A DNA stretch of 64,000 bases from Spirochaetia bacterium (GTDB lineage Bacteria > Spirochaetota > Spirochaetia > SZUA-6 > Bin103), in assembly GCA_965262935.1 (NCBI GenBank), contig OZ253572.1, positions 6,462,066-6,526,065 on the forward strand, given 5' to 3'. Positions 54,965-64,000 of this stretch are shown piece by piece. Position 1 is the stretch's first letter; the number at the start of each line of letters is the position of its first letter. Position numbers and translations under genes: made by a program. Below the pieces are notes generated by a model that was not told the DNA's origin, ran no database searches, and was given only the letters and a program-made list of their open reading frames with translations.

Positions 54965-56226
54965 TCAAACCGTTCGGCGATAGCCGTGACTGGTTCTTTC
55001 GGAAGCGGTTCGGGATGTTCATCCACTGGGGGCTGTACGCCATCCCGGCGTGGCACGAGCAGATCCTGTGGCGCGGTGACATCCGCCGGCGTGACTACGA
55101 AAAGCTGGTGGACGAGTTCAATCCCCGGCAGTTCAACCCGGACGCCTGGCTCGACGTGCTGCAGGAGGCGGGCATGGAATACCTGTGCATCACCACCAAG
55201 CATCACGACGGCTTCTGCCTGTGGGACACCGCCTACACCGACTACAACGTGATGCGCACGCCGTACGGCAAGGACATCATCGGCATGCTGGCCGAGGCGT
55301 GCCACCGGCGCGGCGTGGTGCTCGGCTTCTACTACTCGCTGCCCGACTGGCACCACCGGAACTACCCCAACCTGGGCCGCCACCACGAGATGCTCGGCCC
55401 GCGCCCGGGCGACGATCCGGACGAGGGCAAGTACCTGGAATTCGTGGGCAACCAGGTGCGCGAACTGCTCACCAACTACGGCCCGCTCGGCGAGTTCTTC
55501 TGGGACATCAACGTGGCGGAGTTTCAAGCACCCGAGCTGAACCGGATGATCCGCGACCTGCAGCCGGACGCGCTGATCAACGACCGCGGCCCCGCGCCCG
55601 GCGACTACTCGACCCCGGAGCGGCACGTGCCGGAGGGGGCGGCGTTCACCAGTCCCACCGAGGCGGTGCAGTCGCTCGGCCGCGAAAGCTGGGGCTACCG
55701 CGCGGGCGAAGACTACTACGCGCACAAGTTCCTGATGCAGAGCGTGGACCGCATTCTGGCGATGGGCGGCAACTACCTGCTCAACGTGGGCCCGAAGGCG
55801 GACGGCACCTTCCCGCCTGAGTGCACGGCGGCGCTGCGCCGCATCGGCGACTGGTACGGGCGCGTGCGAGAGGCGTTCGACGGCGCCGTGCCGTGCTCGT
55901 ACCTGGTACAGCGCGCCGCCGCGGGGGCGTCGGGAGACACCCTGTTCCGTTACGACGAGCTGCTGCTCACGCGGCGCGGCAACACCATCTACGTGCACTG
56001 CCCGCACGACCTGCAGACCGGCGGCGCCGTGCTGAGCGGATTCGCCGAGGCGCCGCGCTCGGCCACCCTGCTCAACGACGGCCGCGCGCTGGCGTGGGCG
56101 GTGGACGTGATCCCGTGGCGCTGGACCTCGCGCCCCTGCCTGCGCATATGCGACCTGCCGGTGAACGAGATCACCGGCGAGGTGCTGGTGATCAAGCTGG
56201 AACTGGACGACGAGTCGACCGCCTGA
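54961..56226 (+). CDS. alpha-L-fucosidase (GH29)
   Basis: FGMFIHWGLYA, TKHHDGFCLWDT and YLLNVGP motifs. GTG start overlaps the upstream stop. Confidence 0.85.
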   Translation: MIKPFGDSRDWFFRKRFGMFIHWGLYAIPAWHEQILWRGDIRRRDYEKLVDEFNPRQFNPDAWLDVLQEAGMEYLCITTKHHDGFCLWDTAYTDYNVMRTPYGKDIIGMLAEACHRRGVVLGFYYSLPDWHHRNYPNLGRHHEMLGPRPGDDPDEGKYLEFVGNQVRELLTNYGPLGEFFWDINVAEFQAPELNRMIRDLQPDALINDRGPAPGDYSTPERHVPEGAAFTSPTEAVQSLGRESWGYRAGEDYYAHKFLMQSVDRILAMGGNYLLNVGPKADGTFPPECTAALRRIGDWYGRVREAFDGAVPCSYLVQRAAAGASGDTLFRYDELLLTRRGNTIYVHCPHDLQTGGAVLSGFAEAPRSATLLNDGRALAWAVDVIPWRWTSRPCLRICDLPVNEITGEVLVIKLELDDESTA

Positions 56227-56231
56227 GCCGG

Positions 56232-56510
56232 TCAGCGCTGGCGCCGGCCGGTGACGTGCGCCGCCGCGTTGCGCACCAGCGTGGTGACCAGCCAGGCGAA
56301 GAACGACAGCAGCATCAGCGCCATCACGCCCATGCCAATCGCCACCGCGATGCGCCCCGCAAGCGGCGTGTCCGCGACGAGCATCGCGCCGACCATCCCT
56401 GCCAAGCGCCCGCCGGCCACCGCCGCCACCGCCGCGATCAGCCCGATCACGATCAGCCACACCACGAGATTGACGATGGGATGAGCCGTCTGCCGATCGT
56501 CTGCCGCCAC
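56232..56510 (-). CDS. small hypothetical membrane protein
   Basis: Two predicted TM helices. Weak evidence. Confidence 0.3.
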   Translation of the reverse strand: MAADDRQTAHPIVNLVVWLIVIGLIAAVAAVAGGRLAGMVGAMLVADTPLAGRIAVAIGMGVMALMLLSFFAWLVTTLVRNAAAHVTGRRQR

Positions 56511-56593
56511 GACCGTCTCAATATAACCCGGATCGGTGACCAGGTGATCCGGACCCGTTTGACACGAGTTTCGTGCTTCACTACCTTCGCGTC

Positions 56594-56836
56594 ATGAAAA
56601 ACGTAACGGTTTCATTACCCGAAGATACCGCCCGCTGGCTGCGCCTGGAGGCTGCCAAGGCCGATCGCAGCGTATCCCGCTGGCTGGCCGAACTGCTCGA
56701 CAAGATGCGGCGTCAGGATGACGAGTACGAGGCAGCGATGGCGCGCTATCTGGCGATCAAGCCTCGCAAGTTGCAGTGGGTCGACGGCCGCAAGCCGACC
56801 CGTGAGGAGTTGCATGACCGGGCCAGTTTTCGTTGA
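56594..56836 (+). CDS. ribbon-helix-helix antitoxin (VapB/CopG-like)
   Basis: MKNVTVSLPEDTARWLRLEAAKADRSVSRWLAELL. Overlaps the downstream PIN gene. Confidence 0.7.
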   Translation: MKNVTVSLPEDTARWLRLEAAKADRSVSRWLAELLDKMRRQDDEYEAAMARYLAIKPRKLQWVDGRKPTREELHDRASFR

Positions 56837-57281
56837 CACCAATGTGCTCGTCTACCGTCACGATGCCGCGGACGCTGCCAAGCAGGCACGTGCTGAAGAT
56901 TGGATCACCTGTATCGTCGATCGTCACGCCGGGCGGCTGAGTTTCCAGGTTCTCCAGGAGTTGTACGCCACGCTAACGCGCAAGCTGCAACCGAACCTCG
57001 AGCGGCAGGAAGCACGCGACATCGTCGGCCTCCTTGCGTCCTGGAATCCGCTTGCCGTCGATCTGCCCCTGGTGAGGCGTGCTTGGGATCTGCAGGATCG
57101 CTACTCGCTGTCCTGGTGGGACGCGTTGATCGTTGCCGCGGCGCAAAACAGTGCAAGCCGGGTGCTGTTGACGGAGGATCTGCAACACGGACAGATGTTC
57201 GGGACGGTGCGGGTGATCGATCCGTTCGCGTCCCCGGAGCGCACGCCGGCGGAACTGCTGACCACGGTGCAGGCGGGTTAG
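56814..57281 (+). CDS. vapC: PIN-domain toxin (VapC family)
   Basis: MTGPVFVDTNVLVY...D...WWDALIVAAA...LLTED, the PIN acidic residues. Confidence 0.8.
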   Translation: MTGPVFVDTNVLVYRHDAADAAKQARAEDWITCIVDRHAGRLSFQVLQELYATLTRKLQPNLERQEARDIVGLLASWNPLAVDLPLVRRAWDLQDRYSLSWWDALIVAAAQNSASRVLLTEDLQHGQMFGTVRVIDPFASPERTPAELLTTVQAG

Positions 57282-57285
57282 CCAC

Positions 57286-58452
57286 GTGGCGCGGCGGCCC
57301 AACCTGTTGCTGCTGATCCCGGACCAGCACCGCGCCGACTGGGTGGCCGGAGGCGGCCTGCCGCTGCGTACGCCGGCGCTGCAACGGCTGGCGGAGCGCG
57401 GCATCTGCTTCGAACGCGCCTACTGCACGTCGCCGCTGTGCGCGCCGTCGCGGGCATCGCTCGCCTCCGGGCGCCACTACGCGCACTGCGGCGTGCATGA
57501 CAACTCGCGCAACTATCCGCTCGATCAGCCCACCTTCTACCAGGCGCTGCGCGGCGCCGGCTACCGGGTGGCCGGGGTGGGCAAGTTCGACCTGCACAAG
57601 GACACGACCGATCCCGCCAACGCCTGGTGGGAGCTGGACGGCTCCCGGCTGCTCGACGAATGGGGCTTTACCGACGGTATCGACAGCGAGGGCAAGCTGG
57701 ACGGCAGCAATTCCTACCGCGACGCCGGCGCCCCGCGCGGTCCCTACCTGAAGATGCTGCACGACCGCGGCCTGGCCGACCGGTACGTGCGCGAACACGC
57801 CACCCGCCGCGAGCACCTGGACGCCTACACCACCGCCCTGCCGGACGATGCCTACGGCGACAACTGGGTGGCCGGCAACGCCGTGCATCCCGACCGCGCC
57901 GGCCTGCTGCGCACCCGGCAGAACTACGCCGCCATGATCGAGAACATCGACGGTTGGTGCGGGCGGTTGCTGGACGCGGTGGCGGCACGCGGCGAGTTGG
58001 ACGACACGGTGGTGGTGTACGCCTCCGATCACGGCGAGATGCTCGGCGACCACGGGCGCTGGGGCAAGAGCACCTGGCGCGAGGCGGCGGTGCGCATCCC
58101 GCTGGTCATCGCCGCGCCGCAGGGGGGTACGGCGGGGGCGTCAACGGACGCGCTGGTGAGCCTGCACGACCTGGCGGCGACGTTCCTGGACTACGCCGGC
58201 GCCGCGCCGCTGCCCGGCATGGACGCGGTGTCGCTGCGCCCGGTGGTCGAGGGCCGGCACAAGGGGCATCGCCCGGTGGCGGTGGCCGGCCTGGCGGACT
58301 GGCGCATGGTCACCGACGAGCGCCACAAGCTGGTGGTCAGCCCCGCCCACCCGCCGCTGTTGTTCGACCGCGAAGCCGACGCCTGCGAAGACCACGACCT
58401 GGCCGCCGCCCGTCCGGAGGTGGTGGACGAACTGCGCATGCACCTGGTGTGA
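57286..58452 (+). CDS. sulfatase (formylglycine-dependent arylsulfatase family)
   Basis: CTSPLCAPSRASLASG contains the C-x-P-x-R formylglycine motif. YASDHGE. C-terminal GKxx region. Confidence 0.85.
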   Translation: MARRPNLLLLIPDQHRADWVAGGGLPLRTPALQRLAERGICFERAYCTSPLCAPSRASLASGRHYAHCGVHDNSRNYPLDQPTFYQALRGAGYRVAGVGKFDLHKDTTDPANAWWELDGSRLLDEWGFTDGIDSEGKLDGSNSYRDAGAPRGPYLKMLHDRGLADRYVREHATRREHLDAYTTALPDDAYGDNWVAGNAVHPDRAGLLRTRQNYAAMIENIDGWCGRLLDAVAARGELDDTVVVYASDHGEMLGDHGRWGKSTWREAAVRIPLVIAAPQGGTAGASTDALVSLHDLAATFLDYAGAAPLPGMDAVSLRPVVEGRHKGHRPVAVAGLADWRMVTDERHKLVVSPAHPPLLFDREADACEDHDLAAARPEVVDELRMHLV

Positions 58453-58474
58453 ACGCGCGCGACACCGGTGTGCC

Positions 58475-59497
58475 TCAGTCGACGGCGACGATCGCCTTGA
58501 TCACACCGCTGTCGAGGCGGGTGTAGGTGGGGAAGTCGCCGATCAGGTCGCCGAAGGCGCTGCGGTGGGTGATCCACGGCTGGGTGTCGATGCGGCCCTC
58601 CTCGATGTGCTCGATGATGCTGCGGAAATTGGCCGGCACCGAGTTGCGCGTGGCGCGCAGGGTCAGTTCCGGCTTGTGCACGGCCATGTGCGGGAACGAC
58701 AGCTCGCCGGCGGTGAGCCCGACGTAGACCAGCGTGCCGGTAGGCGCGATGTAGTTGACCGCCGCCGACATGGAGCGGTTCGATCCGGTGGCGTCGAACA
58801 CCACGTTGGGCAGGTCGCCGCCGGTCAGCTCGCGGAGTTGGCCGTCGAGGTCGCCCCGCGCCACCAGGGTGTGGTCGCAGCTCATCACTTCGCTGGCGAA
58901 GCGCAGCCGCTCTTCGTTGAGGTCCATGAAGATGGTGGTGGCGCCGCTCAGCCGCACGAACTCGTAGGTGGCCAGGCCGATCGGGCCGGCGCCAATGATC
59001 AGCGCCACGTCGTCCGCTCCGGGCGCGCCGCGGTCCACGGCGTGGGCGCCGATGCCGAGGGTCTCCACCAGGGCGAGCTGCTCGAACTCCAGCCTGGTGG
59101 AGACGTGCAGCTTGCGCGCCGGCAACAGGAACCGCGGGCGCATGCCGCCGTCCGTATGCACGCCCAGCACCTCGAGGGTGGCGCAGCAGTTGGGCGCCCC
59201 GCGCCGGCACGCGATGCAGCCGTCGACGCAGTTCAGGTAGGGTTCCACCGAGCAGCGGTCGCCCGGCGCCACGTTGCTCACGCCGTCGCCCACCGCCACT
59301 ACCTCGACGCCCAATTCGTGGCCGAGGATGCGCGGGTAGGTCATCAGCGGCATCTTGCCGAAGTAGCCGCTGACGTCGGTGCCGCAGATGCCGATGTTGT
59401 GCACCTGCACCAGCGCCTCGCCGGGACCGGGATCGGCCGGCGGGTCGATGTCGATCATCTCGAAGCGCTGCGGTTCGCGCAGACTGATTGCCTTCAT
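58475..59497 (-). CDS. zinc-dependent alcohol dehydrogenase (MDR; sorbitol/threonine dehydrogenase-like)
   Basis: GICGTDVSGYFG, GHELGVEVVAVG, C-x2-C-x2-C-x7-C structural zinc site, IIGAGPIGL. Confidence 0.85.
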   Translation of the reverse strand: MKAISLREPQRFEMIDIDPPADPGPGEALVQVHNIGICGTDVSGYFGKMPLMTYPRILGHELGVEVVAVGDGVSNVAPGDRCSVEPYLNCVDGCIACRRGAPNCCATLEVLGVHTDGGMRPRFLLPARKLHVSTRLEFEQLALVETLGIGAHAVDRGAPGADDVALIIGAGPIGLATYEFVRLSGATTIFMDLNEERLRFASEVMSCDHTLVARGDLDGQLRELTGGDLPNVVFDATGSNRSMSAAVNYIAPTGTLVYVGLTAGELSFPHMAVHKPELTLRATRNSVPANFRSIIEHIEEGRIDTQPWITHRSAFGDLIGDFPTYTRLDSGVIKAIVAVD

Positions 59498-59501
59498 TGG
59501 T

Positions 59502-60362
59502 TCACTCCTCCAGGTAGGCGCGGTAGCTGTGCATGGAACGGCGCGCGGCCGCTTCCGAATCGGGGTAGGGAAACGCCTCCACCGCCGCCCAGCCACGGTA
59601 GCCGGCGGCGCGCAACGCGGCCGCGATCGGCCCGTACGACAGGTGTCCGCAGCCGGCCGGGCGCCGGTTGCTGTCCACGAAGTGGACGTGGCCGAGGCGC
59701 GGCCCCGCGGCAACCAGGGAAGCGGCGATGTCCACCTCCTCGATGTTCATGTGGAACAGGTCGGCCAACAGGCCAATGCGGTCACTGCCGGTGCGCTCGA
59801 TCGCCTCGCCGCCCTGCGCGAGCGTGTTGCACAGGTCGGTCTCGTAGCGGTTCAGCGGCTCCAGGACCAGCCGCCCGTTCGCCGCGGCGGCCGCTTCGCC
59901 GAGCTGCGCCATGCTGTCGACCAGCCGCGCCAGCGCCTCCTCGCGCGCCTCGCCGGGTGCGGCGCGGCCCTGCACCGAGCCGACGATGGCGGGCGCGCCG
60001 AACGGCGCTGCCAGCTCGATGACCGCGCGCACGTAGTCGACGGCGCGCTGCCGCCCGGCGGCGTCGGGGTCGGCGAGCGACAGGCCGTGCACTACCCCGG
60101 CCGCCCCGGTGCCCACCGCCGCCAGGGCGAGCCCGTGGTCGCGCAAGGCGGTGCGCAACTCGTTCACCGGCACGCCGGCCGCGGTATGCGGGAACACTTC
60201 CAGGCCGTGGAAGCCGAGGCGTTCCGCTGCCGCGCAGGCGGCGGTAATGCCGTCCCAGAACAGGAACGGCCCGCCGCGTACTTCCGGCACGAGGCTCACG
60301 GTAACCGCGGCGCCCACCCGCGGGCGCTTTTCTCCATCACGATGCACAGTCAGTTCCTTCAT
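59502..60362 (-). CDS. sugar phosphate isomerase/epimerase (xylose isomerase-like TIM barrel)
   Basis: AP-endonuclease-2/TIM barrel pattern (…LVLEPLNRYETDL…HMNIEE…). Confidence 0.75.
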   Translation of the reverse strand: MKELTVHRDGEKRPRVGAAVTVSLVPEVRGGPFLFWDGITAACAAAERLGFHGLEVFPHTAAGVPVNELRTALRDHGLALAAVGTGAAGVVHGLSLADPDAAGRQRAVDYVRAVIELAAPFGAPAIVGSVQGRAAPGEAREEALARLVDSMAQLGEAAAAANGRLVLEPLNRYETDLCNTLAQGGEAIERTGSDRIGLLADLFHMNIEEVDIAASLVAAGPRLGHVHFVDSNRRPAGCGHLSYGPIAAALRAAGYRGWAAVEAFPYPDSEAAARRSMHSYRAYLEE

Positions 60363-61198
60363 TCAGCAGCGGCCGAGGCCAGCACGGCCTTCAGGTAGCG
60401 CAGATCCATCTTGCTCATCGCGATCACGTCCGCCACCGGCTCGTCGTACTCGCTGTGCACGCTCATCACGCCGGCGAAGCCGATCCGCCGCAGGGTGGCG
60501 AGCGCGGCGCCATAGTCGGCAAAGCCGCGCCCGAGCGGCACGGTGAAGGTGCGGTTCGGCTCGCCGCGTCCCCACCAGCCGCCCCGCTCCGGCACCGCGA
60601 TGCGCAGCAGGTCCTTGCACGCCACGCAGGCCAGGTAATCACGCACCATCTCCAGCGCCATGGCGATCGGCTCGCCGCACACCGCCAGGTGACCGGGATC
60701 GGCGAACACCCCCACGTGGGCGGGGTCGAATCCCTGCACGATATGCATCATCTGCGAGGAGTTCATGCCCAGCGAGTGGCCGGAGTGGTTGTGCACCACC
60801 GTCTTCACGCCGTACTGCCGCGACCAGTCGCCGAACGTGGTCAGCCAGTCGCGAATCTCCGCGATCTGGTCCCAGAAGCGCCGCTCGCGGTCCCAGGCCC
60901 AGTAGCCCAGCTTCAGGTGGCCGACCCCGGCCGCCCCGCACGCCTCGTAGAACGCCTCGGCGCCGGGGCTCGCCGGCGAGGTGAGGCCGGTGGGAGCGGT
61001 GACCAGGGGTATCGCCAGCCCGGCGTCGGCGAACCGGCGCGCCGCGGCCGGCAGCTCGGCGGCCATGTTGTCGGGGTTGACCGGGTAGCCGGGCCGCACC
61101 GCCAGATCCGCGCCTTCGACGCCGACCTCGGCGAGCGCCGCAATCATTTCGGCCAGGGACAGCCCCAGCAGGTGCTTGGTGAACATTACGAATTGCAT
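60359..61198 (-). CDS. sugar phosphate isomerase/epimerase (xylose isomerase-like TIM barrel), second copy
   Basis: KLGYWAWD...VVHNHSGHSLG...H...E pattern. 4-bp overlap with the downstream gene. Confidence 0.75.
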   Translation of the reverse strand: MQFVMFTKHLLGLSLAEMIAALAEVGVEGADLAVRPGYPVNPDNMAAELPAAARRFADAGLAIPLVTAPTGLTSPASPGAEAFYEACGAAGVGHLKLGYWAWDRERRFWDQIAEIRDWLTTFGDWSRQYGVKTVVHNHSGHSLGMNSSQMMHIVQGFDPAHVGVFADPGHLAVCGEPIAMALEMVRDYLACVACKDLLRIAVPERGGWWGRGEPNRTFTVPLGRGFADYGAALATLRRIGFAGVMSVHSEYDEPVADVIAMSKMDLRYLKAVLASAAAE

Positions 61199-61297
61199 CG
61201 CCGCGCAGCCTACGGGGCGCGGCGCCGCCTGGCAAGCCGTGCCGCTGATCGGCGCTGCCCCGGCGCTGCGATTGAAGTACCTTTACGCGGGTCGATC

Positions 61298-63085
61298 ATG
61301 AGCAATCGGAGCGCTGCAACCACCCTCGACGGGCCGAACAAGACCATCAAGTCGGTGCCGGCGGCCAGCCTGCGCCGCGTGGTGTCGGATATCATCTGGC
61401 CGCGGCGTTGGCTGCTGCTGCTCGGACTCGCATTGATCGTGGTCAACCGCCTGACCGGACTGGTGCTGCCGGGCGCCTCGAAATACCTGATCGACGACGT
61501 GATCGGCGGCCACAACACCGCCCTGCTCGTGCCGCTGCTGCTCGCCGTGGGCGGCGCGGTGCTGGCGCAGGGAGTCAGTTCGTTCCTGCTCACCCGCCTG
61601 CTGAGCGTGCAGGCACAACACCTGATCTCGATCCTGCGCGCGCGCGTGCAGCGCCACCTGCTGCGCCTGCCGGTGGCGTTCTTCGACAACAACCAGACCG
61701 GCGCCCTGGTGTCGCGCGTGATGACCGACGCCGAGGGGGTGCGCAATATGGTCGGTACCGGGCTGGTGCACCTGGTGGGCGGCGCCCTGACGACGGTGGT
61801 GGTGCTCGTCCTGTTGCTGCGCATCAGCGTGCCGATGACCCTGTACACGTTCATCCCGCTGGCCATCTTCGGCGCTGTTACGGGACGCGCGTTCGGGCTG
61901 ATCCGCCCGATCTTCCGCCAGCGCGGCGCCATCACGGCCGAGGTGACCGGCCGCCTCACCGAGGCGATGGCCGGGATAAGGGTGATCAAGGGATTCCACG
62001 CCGAGCCGCACGAGGAGCGCGTGTTCGGCGCCGGCGTGGATCGCATCTTTGCCAACGTGCGCCGCTCCCTGACGGCTACCAGCCTGGTGACCAGCGGCGG
62101 CACCCTGATCATGGGCCTGAGCGCGGTACTGATCATGGCGGTGGGCGGCTCGCTGATCCTGCGCGGGGCGATGACGATTGGCGACTTCGTGTCGTTCAGC
62201 CTGTACCTCGGCATCATGGTCGCCCCGATCGTGCAGATGAGCCGCATCGGCACCGAAATCACCGAGGCGTTCGCCGGGCTTGACCGCATCGAGGAGGTGA
62301 TGGCGCGGCCGCCGGAGGGCAACGAGCCGGAACGCACCATCACGCTGGCGCGGATCGACGGCAGCATCCGCTTCGAGCACGTGTCGTTCGCCTACCAGGA
62401 GGGGCAGGCGGTGCTGCAGGACATCAGCCTGGAGGCGCCGGCCGACACCATGACCGCGCTGGTCGGCAGCTCCGGATCGGGCAAGACCACGATCGCTTCG
62501 CTGGCGGCGTCGTTCCTGATGCCCGACTCCGGCACTGTGAGCATTGATGGCCACGACCTGACCAGCGTGCGGCTCGACAGCTTCCGGCGCTACCTCGGGG
62601 TGGTGCTGCAGGACGAATTCCTGTTCGCCGGTTCGATCCGCGAGAACATCCTGTTCGCCCGCCCCGACGCCGGTGAGGATGATCTGATGCGCGCGGTGCG
62701 GGCGGCGCACGTGATCGAATTCTCGTCGCGCCTGGAACTCGGGCTCGATACCCTGATCGGCGAACGCGGCGTGAAGCTGTCCGGCGGCCAGCGCCAGCGG
62801 GTCGCCCTGGCGCGCGCCATTCTCGCCGACCCGCGGGTGCTGATCCTGGACGAGGCCACCTCCAACCTGGACAACGAGAGCGAGGCGTTCATCCAGGAGA
62901 GCTTGGCGCAGCTCATGGTGGGGCGCACCACGCTGGTGATCGCGCACCGCCTGAGCACGATTCGCCGCGCCGATCAGATCCTGGTCGTCGAAGGCGGCCG
63001 CATCGTGGAGCGCGGCCGCCACGAGGAACTGATCGCCGCCGGCGGCCGCTACCAGCGCCTGTACGAGTACCAGGCACGCATCTGA
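61298..63085 (+). CDS. ABC transporter, fused permease/ATPase exporter (MsbA-like)
   Basis: Six TM segments, then Walker A GSSGSGKTT, signature LSGGQRQR, Walker B LILDEATS, H-loop IAHRL. Confidence 0.9.
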   Translation: MSNRSAATTLDGPNKTIKSVPAASLRRVVSDIIWPRRWLLLLGLALIVVNRLTGLVLPGASKYLIDDVIGGHNTALLVPLLLAVGGAVLAQGVSSFLLTRLLSVQAQHLISILRARVQRHLLRLPVAFFDNNQTGALVSRVMTDAEGVRNMVGTGLVHLVGGALTTVVVLVLLLRISVPMTLYTFIPLAIFGAVTGRAFGLIRPIFRQRGAITAEVTGRLTEAMAGIRVIKGFHAEPHEERVFGAGVDRIFANVRRSLTATSLVTSGGTLIMGLSAVLIMAVGGSLILRGAMTIGDFVSFSLYLGIMVAPIVQMSRIGTEITEAFAGLDRIEEVMARPPEGNEPERTITLARIDGSIRFEHVSFAYQEGQAVLQDISLEAPADTMTALVGSSGSGKTTIASLAASFLMPDSGTVSIDGHDLTSVRLDSFRRYLGVVLQDEFLFAGSIRENILFARPDAGEDDLMRAVRAAHVIEFSSRLELGLDTLIGERGVKLSGGQRQRVALARAILADPRVLILDEATSNLDNESEAFIQESLAQLMVGRTTLVIAHRLSTIRRADQILVVEGGRIVERGRHEELIAAGGRYQRLYEYQARI

Positions 63086-63122
63086 CCGGCCGGCGCGCCT
63101 GAGCCCGTCTCAGGCGTCCGGC

Positions 63123-64000
63123 TCAGGCGCCGGGATAGGCCCAGGCGGGCTTTTCGTCGGGGGTCGGCGAATTGGCGAAGGTGCCGCGCGCCAATACTGC
63201 CGCGCGCCCGCCGTGCGCGGCCACCAGCGCGGCCTGATCCGCCTTGGCCCGGCGGTCCACCGCCTCGGGGTCGAGTAGCGCGCGCAGCTCCGCTTCGAAG
63301 CGAGCCAGCAGGGCGGCGGCCTCCCGGTCCGGGGCGGCGGCCAGGTCGTGGCGCTCGTCGGGGTCGGCTTGCAGGTCGAAGAGCTGCGGTGGGCCGTCCA
63401 CGTAGTACACGTACTTGTAACGCGCGTCGCGCAGCATATAGGAGGCGGACGCCGAGCCGATGGCATGGTACTCGCTGAACACGGTGCGCGAGTGCGGCGC
63501 GGCGCCGGCGAGTTGCCACAGGTCGGCGCCCGGCAGGCCGGCCGCCGGCGTGCCGCCGACCGCGGACACCACGGTCGGGTAGCAGTCCACCAGGCTCGCC
63601 GGGGTGGCGACGGCGCACCCGGCCGGCACGTCCGGCCCGGCCAGGATCAGCGGTACCGCCGCCGACTCGTCGTACAGGGTGAACTTGCCGGTCAGGCCGC
63701 GCGCGCCGAGCGACTCGCCGTGGTCGGAGGTGTACATGACGCGGGTGTCGTCGGTCAGCCCCAGCCCGGCGAGGGCGCCGAGCACGCGCCCGATCTGCGC
63801 GTCGAGGTGGCTGCAGGCGGCGTAATAGGCGGCGCCCAGGTTGCGCAGTTCCGCCTCCGTGAACGGCTCATCCTCGTGGAAGAAGTGGCGGAAGTGGGCG
63901 ATGGCGGGGTGGCGCGGCCACTGCTGCGGCTGCCATTGCGGCGGCAGCGGGGTGGCGCCGTCGCGGTAGCGCCGGTACCACGCCTGCGGTCCGATGTAGG
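63123..64000 (-). CDS. sulfatase, 5' end beyond the window (second copy)
   Basis: YTSDHGE...GKFTLYDES...C-terminal sulfatase domain. The ORF remains open upstream past the listed Met, so the CxPxR motif is expected off-window. Confidence 0.75.
   Translation of the reverse strand, partial: YIGPQAWYRRYRDGATPLPPQWQPQQWPRHPAIAHFRHFFHEDEPFTEAELRNLGAAYYAACSHLDAQIGRVLGALAGLGLTDDTRVMYTSDHGESLGARGLTGKFTLYDESAAVPLILAGPDVPAGCAVATPASLVDCYPTVVSAVGGTPAAGLPGADLWQLAGAAPHSRTVFSEYHAIGSASASYMLRDARYKYVYYVDGPPQLFDLQADPDERHDLAAAPDREAAALLARFEAELRALLDPEAVDRRAKADQAALVAAHGGRAAVLARGTFANSPTPDEKPAWAYPGA

Noticed and set aside
63091-63130. 11-bp perfect inverted repeat (GCGCCTGAGCC...GGCTCAGGCGC) between the convergent ABC exporter and sulfatase genes
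   Set aside because: It may be a bidirectional terminator. It has a 14-nt loop and no U-tract on either strand, so it is not confidently called.

Overview
High-GC (~70%) bacterial chromosomal segment with dense coding on both strands, several lower-GC islands, and no rRNA or CRISPR array. Annotation is from manual motif reading of the six-frame track only; no searches were run. Coordinates computed by hand from the text (gene starts, tRNA, terminator, repeats) may be off by a few nt.

Mobile and likely acquired material:
- The left edge holds three overlapping tyrosine recombinases (recombinase-in-trio, RIT-like). The first is 5'-partial, the middle one lacks the catalytic C-terminus, the third is complete. 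They abut the remnant of a formylglycine-generating-enzyme (FGE/SUMF1) domain lipoprotein gene.
- A low-GC two-gene cassette follows (164-aa hypothetical plus a 73-aa GIY-YIG-like ORF).
- A second low-GC island (~37.9-39.7 kb) carries a translationally coupled ABC-type AAA_21/AAA_15-like ATPase and a small DUF4276/RloB-like protein. This resembles AbiL and, more loosely, PARIS-type split OLD-family abortive-infection modules. It is the best candidate defence system in the window.
- A degraded paralogous copy (ATPase stub plus RloB-like ORF) sits at 24.1-24.75 kb in another low-GC patch.

Other notable content:
- Two paralogous large lipoproteins (Calx-beta repeats and a cadherin-like domain, then an arylsulfotransferase-like beta-propeller) with a PPC-domain lipoprotein between them.
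- A papain-like C1 peptidase and coiled-coil DUF3782-like PD-(D/E)XK proteins (one intact, one truncated).
- A tightly linked Hsp70-like NBD ATPase and CofE-like gamma-glutamyl ligase pair.
- A PPi-centred glycolysis set: PFK-family kinase, H+-pyrophosphatase, ApgM-type phosphoglycerate mutase.
- A sigma-54 activator directly upstream of a ybjN-like/pspA operon.
- Two sulfatases and a GH29 fucosidase.
- A VapBC toxin-antitoxin pair.
- A DUF222-HNH endonuclease with 3x60-bp internal repeats.
- An ~80-bp tandem duplication at a gene 3' end.
- tRNA-Val(CAC).

Housekeeping genes include ssb, nth, lgt, ctpA, rsmE, ilvE, an ATP-dependent DNA ligase and an MsbA-like ABC exporter.
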